Shown piece by piece: positions 13,271 to 26,923 of a DNA stretch of 64,000 bases. The stretch comes from Eledone cirrhosa (lineage: Eukaryota), in contig OZ024742.1 of assembly GCA_964016885.1 (NCBI GenBank), positions 312,418,001 through 312,482,000 on the forward strand, in the 5' to 3' direction. The notes beneath the pieces were generated by a model, which was not told where the DNA came from, did not search any database, and was given only the letters and a program-made list of their open reading frames with translations. Position 1 is the first letter of the stretch; every line of letters begins with the position of its first letter. Both the position numbers and the translations under genes were made by a program.

Positions 13271-14931
13271 TTAAAAAGACAGTTTCTCAGCTGGAGTGTG
13301 AACAAACCGAAGTGTCAAAAGAAAGAATATGATTATAATTATGATTATGAATGTGTGTTCAAATAACTCTTCCTTTGATTTATATCAGCTTTACAAAGAA
13401 GACAAGATATTCCCCACTGTTTATTCTGTGTCATTTACATAGTTAAATAACAAGATTTCAAACTTCACTGTCCTTTCATTAAATAATAAGGTTTACAAAC
13501 TAAACCGATGCAGTTGAATTCCTCTCCTTCTCCAGCTGGTTTAACATAGGGAAAATACATTATACTCATGCATGATGCATAAACGAAAATAACATTATTA
13601 CTATCATTATTGTTATTATATTATTTATTCACTAGAGATTTCCCTCCTCCCCACAGGCACACACGCAAAATAGGGTTTCTGTATATCACATTACTAATCC
13701 TAGAGAAAAGTTAGTGTTTGACCAACTGTAACAACCACTATCAATAAAGAACAAAATAACTTAAAGATAGCAGCAAAGGCAACAATAATATGGTCTTTGA
13801 TAATAATTAATGTGCTAAGACTCTCCTTTTCCACTAGAATAAACTTGCCAAGTAGATAACTATATTAACAAAAACACAACAAATGAATATAAAGAAATAA
13901 GTGTGCAAACTCTGTAGCAGCAAAGACTTAACGTACCCTAACGTAATACTAGAATTATTATTTTAGCTTTGCTTTTCATCCCTATGAGGAGGAGGGGGGT
14001 CAATAAAATATAGTACCAGTAGTGCACAGAACAAACAAGCCATTCATGGAGGCTCAAATATTGTATTTCTCACTTGTCAAGGGATCATTGGACCCTTTAG
14101 TTATGTCAAGGACATGACAACCTCACTAGTGTTGGTGATCTGTATGATAAACTGATAAATGCACCCAGTACTTGCTGTAACATGGTTGGTGATAGAAAGG
14201 GCATCCAGCCGCAGAAAGCTTACCAAATAAAGGGTTGGGAAAACCCTTCAGTGGTGCCATTGACATAACAACATCCATAGTGTTGGTGATCTACATAATA
14301 AAAGCACCCAGTACACACTGTAAAGTGGTTGGTGATAGGAAGAGCATCCGACCGTAGAAAGCTTGCCAAACAAAAGGTTGGGGGGACCATTTAGTTGTAT
14401 CAAAGACATGACAACCTCTGCAGTGTTGGTGACCTACACGATAAAATGTATTCGGTAGAATGTGGAACTACATGTAAGCTAGATGTGAACCCCCAGCCTG
14501 TCTGGGATGTCAGTAGCCCAGTTTCAGTACTGATTTGGTCTGTGAAGATTTATCCAACCTTTGCTAGCAGAGAAAGTGGACATTAAATGATGATGATAAT
14601 GATACCAACAGAACATGTAAAAAGGAAAAAACAAAATGTGCAAATGGAAAAAAAAAAAATCATGATATATTAGTGAAGTATTTTTCTTATTAACACCACC
14701 CCCACCACACCCCTGTTTATTAGAAATGTTTTATTCTGGTTAAATAAAATTTTAAACGAACAACTCATTCATCAAATTCTAATTTGAAATAATTTAATTA
14801 AGAAAATGGTGAAAAATTCAATACTAAGTTTCCAACTTTAGATTGCATCAGCAGCAGAAGACATTTAGGTTTCTCATATATCAAATTTTCAGACTGGACA
14901 CGCACACACACCCCACACCTTCACACACACA

Positions 14932-15010
<79 letters not shown>

Positions 15011-15387
15011 ATTAATTTGAGATCAGAACAAGCAAACCATTGATGGGGACTAAAAGATGTAATTCTCTCACTTGGCAAGTGATCATTGCCACCAATGACA
15101 ATACACTGGAGTCATATCCTGTATTTTATTTTGTCCCCTGTTTCTACACAGATAAATGTGTCGGCCTTTTAGCAATGGTACAACCAACCACTTTTGTAAA
15201 TTTCAAACATAGTAAGTTATCACGCTTTCATTAACATATTTCTAATGTGTGTGTGTGTGTGTGTGTGTGCGGGGGGGGGGGGGGGGGGGGGGGCTTGCAT
15301 ATAATTTCAAACAATACAAAATTTGGAGGGACTTTGTGATATAACTAACTTTCTTATAATTAACTTGGTTTTTGGAACATAACTTGA

Positions 15388-15596
15388 CTCTTTAGCATTT
15401 AAACAGGCTGTATCCAGCTAGAATTCTCTCTCTTTCTGTTCAAACCGGCCGTAACCAGCCACTCACACCAACGTTAAGGTATTGTTCTCAAAATAAATAA
15501 TAACAAAATCTCATAAATTTGATATTATGTGAGATAATTATGTGAGATAACTTGAAAATACAATAGTAAATATAAAGTAATGTAAATGCTAAAGGG
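15388..15596 (-). mobile_element. MITE-A, nested in MITE-B
   Basis: TTGA|CTCTTTAGCATTTA...TAAATGCTAAAGGG|TTAA; flanks rejoin as MITE-B (GGAACATAACTTAAAGGTTCTT). Confidence 0.85.
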
Positions 15597-15967
15597 TTAA
15601 AAAGGTTCTTGCATAAAAGTTTTAAATTAAATATTAACACTTTAAAATATACCAGAGGCAACTTCAGGTGGTTTGGTATCAAAACAGTTAATGGTTTGAC
15701 TAAGATTAATTCCAATAAAATGAATAAATCAGCCACCCACACTCTGATACAAATTATTGTAAAAACATGATGGATCTTCAGTCAGTTTTGATGATGAACA
15801 TTCAGTGGATCAATCAACTGAATATCTAGCTTGTGAATTAAACATCAAAGTGGTTGAGTATTCCACAGACATATGTACCCATAACACATTTCCCAATCCT
15901 AATCAGCATGACACAATATGTGACATGGATACACCTTTGAATTACAGGTACAGTCCAGTGATGGGTT

Positions 15968-16203
15968 TCCATACAGTGTAGGTAACATGGTAAAAACCCC
16001 CCAGTTCTACACTGTAAATGTGGTTGGTGTTAGGAAGGGCATCCAGCCGTAGCAAAAACCGCCAGACAGTCCTATGCGAGCAAGACAACCACTCTTGCCT
16101 CGAGTGGGAAAACTCCCGTCCAAACCCATGCAAGCGTGGAATATGGACGTTAAATGATGATGATTATGATGATGATGATGATGATGATTATGATGATAAT
16201 GAT
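15968..16203 (+). mobile_element. Short 3' fragment of the RTE LINE family
   Basis: Matches 37715-37916 and ends in a long (GAT)n tail. Confidence 0.85.
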
Positions 16204-16564
16204 GTGAGACTACCCAATTCCAGTCGCAAGGCTTGGGTTGACCCATAGCTGTGGTAAAGATACTTGCCCGAGAATTCTATGCGGTGGGATTAAACTCATG
16301 GCAGGGACTTTATGATTGCAAAGTAAACTTCTTAACCATCATGTCAATGTTATTTCAAATCTAAAAACGTTTAATGTGACTAGCATACACATGTGTGTAC
16401 ATGTACACACAGACACACACAATGGGTTTCATACACTCTTCATCTACCAAATTCTTTATCAAGGCATTGGTCAGCCTGTAGCCCAAATAGCTAGAATGTG
16501 GGATAAAATACAAAACTGTGACACCACAGCCATGCCTCTACCAATATATCTGATATTCATTTAA

Positions 16565-16783
16565 CCCTTTCGATACTGACCTGCCCAAAAGCATCTCTGG
16601 TCCTATAGAACAAAACCATCCATTTAAAGGTTTCCTATTTAAACTGAAGTCTCCCAACATAACTTTATATAAAAACCTCTAATGTAAAATCATCTTAATA
16701 AATGAAATATTTTAGTAAATCCCTCCAAATTCTTCATTAATTGAAATGCCATGTAGCCTATCAGAAATATGGTAATGAAAGGG
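16565..16783 (+). mobile_element. piggyBac-like MITE family B (~220-310 bp)
   Basis: TTAA|CCCTTTCGATAC...GGTAATGAAAGGG|TTAA. More diverged relatives lie near 575, 12935, 18650, 19804, 20199, 21830, 23488, 26820, 34141, 40845, 42527, 43513, 48119, 51696, 58190 and 59050. Confidence 0.8.
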
Positions 16784-18413
16784 TTAACTAATCCTGGAAG
16801 AGTGAAATGCAAAATTGGCTTCAGTGAGCAATCAAATTAGATGCTAGTATGATAAAATTACCCTTTTGATACCAACCTGAAACTGCCCCTGTGTTTATAA
16901 TTGTTTCTACTTTTGGCACAAGGCCAGCAATTACCCAGTGTATTACTGGTACTTTATTTTATCGACCTCATAAGGATGAAAGGTAAAGTTAACCTCGGCG
17001 GGATTTGAACTCAGAATGGCTATAATGAAATAAAAATGCTTGTTTTAAAATATTCATGTTTAAATCTAAACCTGCCATTATTATAACAAGAACATAGTTA
17101 TGATACTAAATCACACCAAATTTCTTATTACTCTTAAAATTGCAGTGTATACCTGCCTCAGCTTATAAATTGGGTTTGGATTTTTGCCTATTTCTCAAAC
17201 ATAAAATAAGTGGTCAGCTTATATTTGAGTATATACAGTAACTAAAAATAGTGTATTTCATTAGAAATGTGGCAATGAAAGTGTTAAATACAGTAAGATA
17301 TATAATCCAATGCACTAACTATTTGTCATTTTTCAACAGTTATGACTCGCATAATAATAGGGGAAATAGTTGGTAACTTCAAACATGATACAAACAACAC
17401 ACAGTAAGTACTGGAGATTATTGTGATAATATAAATGGTGGTCCAATTGATAGCTTTCACAACAAGGATTCTGATTTCTATCACCTTAAGGATATTATCC
17501 AATTATTGCAGCTCCAACTGGGCCTTACAGCTTCAATCAAATCATGTAGCCATTAAATGATAAACGAGAACAAATGGATATCTTTGCTCTCGAAATATAG
17601 GTGATCTATCTAAACAAATTCGTCTTTCTGAGCAATTAGTCTTATCTGATATCTCTCTGTGTGTGTGTGTGTGTGTAAGATAGATAAGTTACATTAAATT
17701 GTTCATATGGTCAAAACTGATACATAAGCACATTATACAATGACCCAATCACACCAAAGGCACTAGGTTTGAAACTAGGACAGGTGTGTGAACTTTTCCC
17801 AGATGAAGAGATTAGAAACTGAACAGCTTTGGAAAAAAATGTCACTTGTTGTGAAAGAAAGTTGAATAAAGAGAAACAATCAATGCCAGGGCAAGGTGGC
17901 TGATATAGGAAAAAAATATGAATAAGAAGTAAATATATGAAAAGAAATAAATAAGTAAGTGGAGACAGAAAGTGAAAAGAAACTTAATGACAACAGATGG
18001 ACAGTAAAGTTTGAATAGCTGTCAACAAAACATATTGATCAGCAAACTATCACTACTCTTTTAAGTTTCTCCATCTTTCCTTTCAAAATGAAATGAAAAG
18101 AAACAGAAGGAAAAAGAAAAAAAACTAGAACGTTGCCAATACCATTAATATTGTAAGGCAAAACAGATGTCAATATATCCTGGACTCTCATTCCATAGTT
18201 ACGTGGAATGAGAGGGAAACAGATATTACAAAGATAAATTGATCTATCACAAAGAAAGAAGAAAAACATGAGAACATATATATATATATATATATATTCA
18301 TCATCATCATCAACAATATTTACAAACTAGTGAAGGAGTTTTTTTTGTTGTTTGATATGCTAAATGTAGAAGCCAAATCTCACAAATGAAAGTAACCCCC
18401 CTACTGTCTTTAA

Positions 18414-18601
18414 CCCATTAGTATTTACATTACATTACTATTATATTTCCATGGTAAAGACTTTATCCCATAATATGGACTCAACAAGATTTTATTGATA
18501 ATTTCATTTTGATGTCAGTATGAGTGGCCAGCTACAGCTGGTTTGAACAGGAAACGGTGAGAGAATTCTGGCTGGATATGGCTGGTTTAAATGCTAAAAG
18601 G
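18414..18601 (+). mobile_element. MITE-A
   Basis: TTAA|CCCATTAGTATTTA...TAAATGCTAAAAGG|TTAA. Confidence 0.85.
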
Positions 18602-20655
18602 TTAATTATTTTGTTAGCATAACATTGCCGATAGTCATAAAAAAAAAAAGGTTTAATATTTAAGAAATTGGAAGGATTTAATAAAATAATTTTTTCATTA
18701 CTAAGCTGGTAACTGGAACAAAGAATTATGATATATCGTTTTTAGATAAATAGAAACACTTCAAAACAAACAACTTCATATTGTACAACTTGTGGCAGTT
18801 TCAGGTGGGTTGCCATCAAAAGGGTTTAAATGAGACCTCTCGCATGTTTTTAGTTCTAAATAATAAGGCATCATGATCTCTGAGATGTGTTCACAGCAAA
18901 AATAGTGCTCATACATGGAAGTTAAGACAAAGCCAACAAACAAAAGTAATAATTATAATTATATATATATATATATATGTTATCTTATATTGTCAGCCAA
19001 CCCACAAACCACCAAATTATACTGGTTCATTCAATCAAGGCTGAAGTATCTACGCCACTGCCGTCGCCACCACCACCACCAAATGACTATTGCCTGTTAT
19101 TCAGCATCATCATCATCATTTCTACCATGTTGACATGTGCTGAACAAGATTTTTTAAAAACAGAATTCTATGGCCAGATGCACTGAAATCTAAATTATTC
19201 ATTATGCTAGTAAATTATACAGGGTACAATGAAATCCCTATCAATTTCTTTTTTGTTTGTTTTTTTATATTTTACACCCTCCCGACACACATACACCAAG
19301 CATTTCTGTTATAATGCAATTCTTAAATAATGGCCCAAGGTAAAAAAAAAAAAAAATACAAAGAAAATACTGTATAATCTGGTCGATTTGAAGTGACTTA
19401 TTAATTAAAAATATTGTTAAAATCAGAAGGGGAAACAAAAAAAGTTTTGTGAAGAAAGCTCTTGGTTTGCAAAGACTTAGAAATAGGAATATTTTGAAAC
19501 AATAGCTACAACAAAGAAATGGACAATCGAGGGAGGAGAAGAAAGATAAATGAAATGGAGAGCTGACAAAAGATGGAAACAAATAAAGACAAACTTCAGC
19601 AAAAGAAGTTGCAAAAGTGAAAGTAAAATATATTATCATCTGAATGAAAAGTAAATAAGGAAGAAGGAAATACTAATAGAAAAGAGAAAATAAATGAAAG
19701 AATGTAAAAGAACACAAATAAAAGGCAGAGGTAAATATATTGGATGATTGCATAGTTAATCTCATATGAGATGGAAAAGAGTACTTTACACAATCTAGAT
19801 CTTAACCTCTTTATTACTGTATTTCTGATGAGATATTCTCCCTATATTTTCCAATTAATTTTGAAAATAATAGTAAGTCTGAAGGGATTTAGTAAAATAA
19901 CTGTTAGTAAGTTGATGTTTGGAACTTAAAATAAATATTCAGAGATAAAATTATGATGGGCAGTTTTTGTTTTAAGAATGAACAATTTACAATGGGTGGT
20001 TTTATATCATAAAACTTGAGAGGGGGGGTCTTTGTCAGTTTGATATCAAAATAGTTAAAATATCACAATAGTAAGTGATCATGCACTGAAAATATAGACA
20101 GCACCCAGTACAGAGAAAGACACTGGTACATAGAGAAAAGCAAACTCATTGACAGGGGGAATATGCCACATTTTTTGAAAACAAAAGAATTCCATTTAAC
20201 CCCTTTGTTACAATATTTCTAATGAAATACATTATCTATGTGTTTTAATTAATTTTAAAAATGATCGATAACCAGCCTTTTCATTAAGAAACTGAAGTTT
20301 GGAACAATACTTAAAGATTATCTTAAATATAATTATGATAGAAGGTTTTAATATAAATATAAACATTCTTAAATGAGCAAGTTTGTATTATAAACCCAGG
20401 TCAGTTTCAGATAGATCACAACAAAAATTTTTCATTAGTTTTCCTGCATTGGTTAATGGCCTCAGTGTCTCACAGTATACAGCTTCCTAATAAGACTGGG
20501 ACAATATCAAATGCAGTTCAGCTTATAGAAGGATTGAGTCTTTCTTTGAACAACACTATCTTGCCTACCTTCATTCTGCCTCAATTCAGTGATTTTTTTC
20601 CTCAACCGGTACACTTCTTAACAATGAATGCACTCCCACTGAAGTTGCCCAGCAC

Positions 20656-20850
20656 TTTGACTGCTGCATGTGTGAGGCACACAAGTTGCTGTGGAGATAC
20701 TGTCACCTTGACTACTGCATGTGTGAGGCACACAAGTTGCTGTGGCGACATTGTCACTTTGACTACTGCATGTGTGAGGCACACAAGTTGCCAAGGAGAC
20801 ACTGCCACCTTGGCTACTGCATGTGTAAGGCATGTGAATTGCTGTGGTCA
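20656..20850. repeat. 51-bp tandem repeat, about 3.7 copies
   Basis: Unit TTGACTACTGCATGTGTGAGGCACACAAGTTGCTGTGGAGATACTGTCACC. Confidence 0.9.
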
Positions 20851-22155
20851 TGATCACAACAACCTAACCACTAGGGCATGTGCTTTCACAATAAGTAATT
20901 GATTCTGAACTTAGTACCTTTGCATCTTGGTCATTTCTTCACTTGAATATCTTAACTTTACTGACATAGTTGAAAAGCTTTAAAGCTTTAAAGAACCAGA
21001 CAGTTGACTAATTAATTGTTTCTACTTTAGGCACAAGGCCAGCAATTACCCAGTGCATTACTGGTACTTTATTTTATCGAATGCCGTTTTTAAAGAATTA
21101 ACAATTTAAAGGAATTGGAACCAGGTATGTAGCCAAATGCTGTAATATTGTAATACTTCTGTCAAAACAAACAACAAATGTTGAAATGGTAAGAAAAAAG
21201 AATGAGGGAGTGAACCAAATTCCAGCAAATTCTTATCAAGTGCCATTGAGTCAAAGATTAGTCCTGGCAATTCTGTAGATACAACTCTTACATAACTTTT
21301 TATGAGAAGGATATGCTGAAATTTTTTTTCCCTGTTGCAAGACGCGGGAGCTTCTGAGTCTGAGTCTCTTAGAAGATCTGGTACACTTCCAGACACTTAA
21401 GTGAAAAGAGGCATGTAGTATTAAATTATTTAACATAAAAATAAATGTATATATTTATTTTTTTGTTTTCTATTTAAATTTCTTCATCTATTAGGAGTAA
21501 TAGTAGTGATGGTGGTGACCAGAACCTGTGCAGGATTTCAAAGACAGATGGTTTTATGTTCAATTTAAACTCCTGTAATTCAATGCCTTTCAGAAAAATT
21601 TCAGCAAGGAGAGAATTGCAGATGAAGGCTGCCCTAAAGAGGAATGATTGGAAAAATGTCTGGGTAAAGAGCACAGTAGAAATGACAAAATTTGTTTGGT
21701 TTGTTTATTCAAGGCTGACCTAGGGCTAAACGAGAACAATGGCTTTTAGTTGTTGTTTTATTTTTTGTATGATCTTGGCTATTTGTCAGTAGCGCCAAAA
21801 CTATCTTAATTCTTCCATAACCATATTTCTAATGAAAGACACTGTCTTTGATTTTTAAAAAATTCAAATTTAAGAAGGATAATTAACTTTCTTATTATTT
21901 ATCTAGTGTTTGGAGTTCTTGCATGAATTTTTTTTTTTAGCTAAATATATCACTTATAAACAGTTTTATATCATAAGACCAAAGAAGTTTCAGATGGTTT
22001 ACCATCATGGTTAAACATGTGAGTAGTACCATAATATGGATCAAACTTGAGTTTTTAAGGTCAACAACTGATCAAGGATGAAGTATTTTCTGGTTCCCGG
22101 AGAAAAAAATCTAGTCTACGAAATGTTATTCATGGTAATATAGTTTTCTATAAGA

Positions 22156-22580
22156 CAGAGATTCTCACCCCCCCCCCCCCCCCTCCCCATGGCCACGTAA
22201 TAACCTCAGTGCCCTCCCCCAACCCTATTTCCATAAAGACCTACCTACATGCAAATTGTAAATAATATATAATAAATAAAATCGTTAATTTATATATAAT
22301 AAATAATATAATATATTTCGTCTCTGAATTTATTTTGCAAGATTTCTTATCTGAAAATGTTTATTGAAACAGATATTGTTATAATTTGGAAGGGTCATGC
22401 TGCCAATAAAATATAATATATACTGTGTATAAATAAATATTATACATTTTTTATTTTACCGTATTTATATATAATATGTAGCATTTGATATTTAATATAC
22501 TATTATATCATTTTTGCCTCTCCACCACCCCTTAGGTCCAGCGCCCACCAGAGCAGTAGAGCTCACTTTAAAAACCTCTG
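22156..22580. mobile_element. hAT-type MITE (truncated relative at 32906-33133)
   Basis: Termini CAGAGATT../..AACCTCTG; 8-bp flanks CTATAAGA / TTATAAGA; internal sequence shared with 32906-33133. Confidence 0.75.
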
Positions 22581-23114
22581 TTATAAGAGATCAAAAATTG
22601 TCACGTCTAGCGTTCATTTACATATTAGCTGTGGTTTGTCCTGTATAATAAGGATGTTTCATTCATAGGTTTGGTAGTCAAATAACTTATCCATTCAGTT
22701 ACTGTATGTCTACTACCAACCCACACACACGCCAGAAAATTATGCAACTATAGTAAGTGATAAAACCAGACTTCTTACTCTTAATTCTAATGAAGGACAC
22801 TCATTTTTCAGATTTGCTTTGTATTGTTTTGTTGTTTAGCATGAGTGGTAGGGTAATTTGAAAATCAGGGAAACACACAGACACACTCCTCCATACCCAT
22901 ACATAAGGCCATACAATGAAATCACTAATTGTGTGATTCTGATAAATTGGTTTGCTACATTCAACTAGAAAGTAACATTGAACAAACGGTATATTTGGCA
23001 TAGTAAAGGTAAAACCTAGAGACACCATAGCTAAGACAAGGGGGAAAAAAAGGCCAATGGCTATGGCTAGAAAGCCTTTGATGATAGGTCTGCTGGATGA
23101 AGAATGATCTAAAT

Positions 23115-23402
23115 CAGACATAGGCAAGCTTTTACGAGAAGCGGGCCACATGAGATATGGCTCATCACCAAGCGGGCTGCAAGCGCTAATTTATATTTGT
23201 GCCCACATAAAAAAAGGGGGGAGTAACTTAGGTTGTTTTGATTTGTTTCTTCAGAATTCGTACATGTTTTCCTCCATTGTAAAAATGGTAGAAAGATAAA
23301 TTACGACTGAAAAGTTGGGGTAAAAAAATCAGAAAGATTTCACATAGGTGACTTAGGCGAGGCATTCAGAAAGCTTCACAGGTCGCAGATTGCCCATGAC
23401 TG
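23115..23402. mobile_element. hAT (Charlie-like) MITE
   Basis: TIR CAGACATAGGCAA / TTGCCCATGACTG; perfect 8-bp TSD ATCTAAAT at 23107-23114 and 23403-23410. Confidence 0.88.
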
Positions 23403-23609
23403 ATCTAAATCTAAACAACAATATCAATAATAAAGCAATGTATTAGATCAAATGAAAAATCTTATGATAAAGCATATAAGAATTCAACTCCTTCGATAGC
23501 AAACCATCAGAAACTCCCTCCTGCCACTTCTATATGAAACATTGTTTAAACTGTGCATACGTATCTAAAAACTTTCCATTGTCAAGTTATGTTCCAAACA
23601 CTAACTTAG

Positions 23610-23798
23610 CCCTTTAACATTCAAACCAGCTGTATCCGGCAGAATTTTCTTAGCTCTTTTTGTTCAAACTGGCCATTCATATTGATATTAAGATATTGTT
23701 CTCAAAATAAATAATATCAAAATCTCATAGATTCGATGTTATGTGAGATAAAGCCTTTACCTCAAAAATACAATAGTATATATAGAATAATGTAAATG
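23610..23798 (-). mobile_element. MITE-A (one end damaged), nested in MITE-B
   Basis: Internal sequence matches the family; preceded by MITE-B sequence GTTATGTTCCAAACACTAAC. Confidence 0.75.
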
Positions 23799-23830
23799 GT
23801 TCTCTTTCTTGTTATCATTATGATTTTCAA

Positions 23831-24040
23831 GTGGATTGCCAGTATCGCTAGAGCGTCAGACACACTTCACAGCACAGAGTTACAACCCTTTACGTCCTGA
23901 GTTCAAATCCCGCTGAGGTTAAACTTTGCTTTCAATGCTTACGGGGTTGATAAAATAAAGTACCAGTAAGGTACTGGGATTGGGTTCATCGACTCTCCCC
24001 TTCACTAATATTGCTGGCCTTGAGCCTAAATCAGGAACCA
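23831..24040 (+). mobile_element. SINE S2-related (longer variant)
   Basis: Same head and central domain with an extra segment before the tail. Related pieces at ~12400, 16898, 21013, 27650, 33790, 41590 and 50735. Confidence 0.75.
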
Positions 24041-24209
24041 TTATGATTTTCAAAACTATTTGAAAATAATAGGCAATGTCTTTCACCAAAAATATGCTAA
24101 TTAATATTCCTATGCCTAGTGCCAAAATTATTTCCCCCCTCTTTTTGTAAATGTTAATCCTGCTATAAAATCAGAGAATATATAGGATGTTTTTTACAGT
24201 ACACCTTTA

Positions 24210-24258
<49 letters not shown>

Positions 24259-24985
24259 TGTGTGTGGTGGATAGTAAACACTTTGGTGGAAAACTCAGCT
24301 GCAAACAAGAATCAACACATTTCCTCCCTCCAACATATCTCTCTCTTATTCACTCACTGTATCTGTCTATCTCTGTCTGCCTGTCTCACACTCACTATGT
24401 CTGTCTCACTATCTCTGTCGCTGCACACATGCAGCTACATACCTTACACTAACCCACAGACATACCATGCATTCACTTCTTTTAACCACACACACACACA
24501 CCTTCACCCCACACCACCTCTGGATTTGACACGGTCTCATCCTATCCATCCCCCTCCACACACACAAACACCCTACAGGGACTATACACATAGACATATA
24601 TTCCACCCCAAAACATACTCAATGTTTTTTTCAAAACCTACATTCACATACACTCACTTCCTTCCAGACTCTCATACTTACATCCACATATACACACGCA
24701 CACTCACATCTACACATACCTAACCTTCTGCCATCCCCACCCAGACTCTGATTTTCTTGTTTTAAATGCTAGAGTTATAGAGTTAAGGTTGTTCCCTAAA
24801 ATATATATATAATATTTAATATAGAAATGGCTTCTACAGGACTAGAATGGTTTCATTCAAAGGAAATCATCAGGAAAGCCAATTATCACTGAGGTATCAT
24901 GATATTTATACATTTTCTGGCAGCAGGGGAAGGTGGTAATTAGGATGGATGGAGGTCAAGGCCAAGGGATTTACATATGTATATG

Positions 24986-25018
<33 letters not shown>

Positions 25019-25311
25019 AAAACTTGTTATAGCTTAATTGCTATAAATTAATGTTTTGTCTTTCGTCTCTTACTCCACTGCACAGCATTTGGCTTTGTGT
25101 CAGACACTGTGACCCTGGGTGTGACCCTTACGTTGGTAGGGGTCGAAACTGCAAAAGTCCACCTCAACGGCAGATGACCCTGGAGTAGTGTGTCTTCCGT
25201 TTATATTTTTATCTTTAAATCATTTTTTAAGGTTCCTCTAAAAAAATTGTTTTATGTCATGCCTTGTTTTCGTCCATTGTCCTGTTCCCTCAGTTAATTT
25301 TCCTCAGTTTG

Positions 25312-25363
<52 letters not shown>

Positions 25364-25366
<3 letters not shown>

Positions 25367-25714
25367 ACTGTCTGGCGGGTTTTCTACAGCTGGATGCCCT
25401 TCCTAACACCAACCACGTTTACAGTGTGGACTGGGAGGTTTTTACCATGTTACCTACACTGCCACATTACAGCGTGGACTGTGTGTTTTTTTGTTGTGAC
25501 ACCTACACGACCTCATTTGTTTCGGACTGGATGTTGTGGTACCAACATAACTTTACATTGGAAGGGGTGGTGTGGATAGGGTGGGGGTAGTGGGACGGGG
25601 GTGTATTTTTGTTAGAGGTGCCTACTGACAACCAATCTTGCCTCAAGTGGGAAAATTCCTGTCCAAACCCATGCTAGCGTGGAAGATGGACGTTAAACGA
25701 TGATGATGATGATG

Positions 25715-25716
<2 letters not shown>
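25364..25716 (+). mobile_element. 5'-inverted copy of the RTE LINE 3' UTR within a (TA)n tract
   Basis: 25364-25629 is the reverse complement of the UTR (GTCAGTAGG...CAGACAGTCCTA); 25627-25716 is the forward terminal part with (GAT)n. (TA)n on both sides. Confidence 0.85.
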
Positions 25717-25746
<30 letters not shown>

Positions 25747-26529
25747 ATATATATAAAATCATCCTTTAACATTTGTTTTCCCTGGGACCAAGGACCATAA
25801 GAACCACCACATACGCAAGGGAAGGATTAAATAGAAAAAAAGAGGGCAGGTAAAGTAGAAGAAATGGCAGGGTGTCAAGATATTGTAAGGAAAGGCCTCA
25901 AGAACCAAAGCTCTCAGAATATAGTGAAAATAAAGGCAAGCATTTAAAAGGAGCAGGTCAAATATAAAGGCAAATATTTTGACACAACTGTATGTAGTAC
26001 AGAAATTGCAAAGGACAAAGGGGAATATACATATATTTATTTACTTAGTCATTATAGGGTATGTATCTAAAATGAAAAAATAAATCCACAAAAAAATACG
26101 TTCATTGTTAGAGGTGAAAGCAATTGGGGAGAAGCCTGTATAGATCAACTAACTACAACAAGAGAGAGAGAGGACAAGAGAGAGAGAGAGAGAGAGAGAG
26201 AGGACGAGCGAGAGAGAGATGAGGCTAAAGAGGTTTGTGAGCAAATAAATGTGTTTGTGTGTGTGTGTACAGACATCCCCAAGCTGTCGCAATGCTGCAG
26301 TGATTGAACCCAGTACCAGATGGTTGGAAGCAACTCCTCAACCACACAGTCATGCCTGTGCCCTTGTGTTCAGACCTGGTGCATATGTATATGTTTCACC
26401 AACACACACTCACACTGAGGCAGTGTAGTTATTAAAGTATTCTGATTATTACATATATATATATGTGTTAACTTTTTTAAAATACCTAAATTTATACATA
26501 TATATATACATATATATATATATACATAC

Positions 26530-26562
<33 letters not shown>

Positions 26563-26923
26563 CTAGAATTAAACAAACATTCAAGAGATAGAGAATGCAA
26601 AGGGACAGTAAAGTTAGATATGATCTTTATATAGTACTTAGTTATATACAACCACTACTTTAGTTTCATGTGAATGGACTGATCTGAACATTGAAAGAGT
26701 GCAACTCAATAAGCACACATATACACACCTTCCAAATTCCATTCACAAAACACTGATCACCCAAAGGCTATAGTAGAGGATACACAACCAAGGTACTGCA
26801 CAGTGGAATTAATCATAACACTTTCGTTACAATATTTCTAACAAAATAATACATTGCGTAAAAATTTTAAAATAATTTTGAAAGTAATCAAGAATTTTTA
26901 GGTATGTAATAATATAAATTAGT

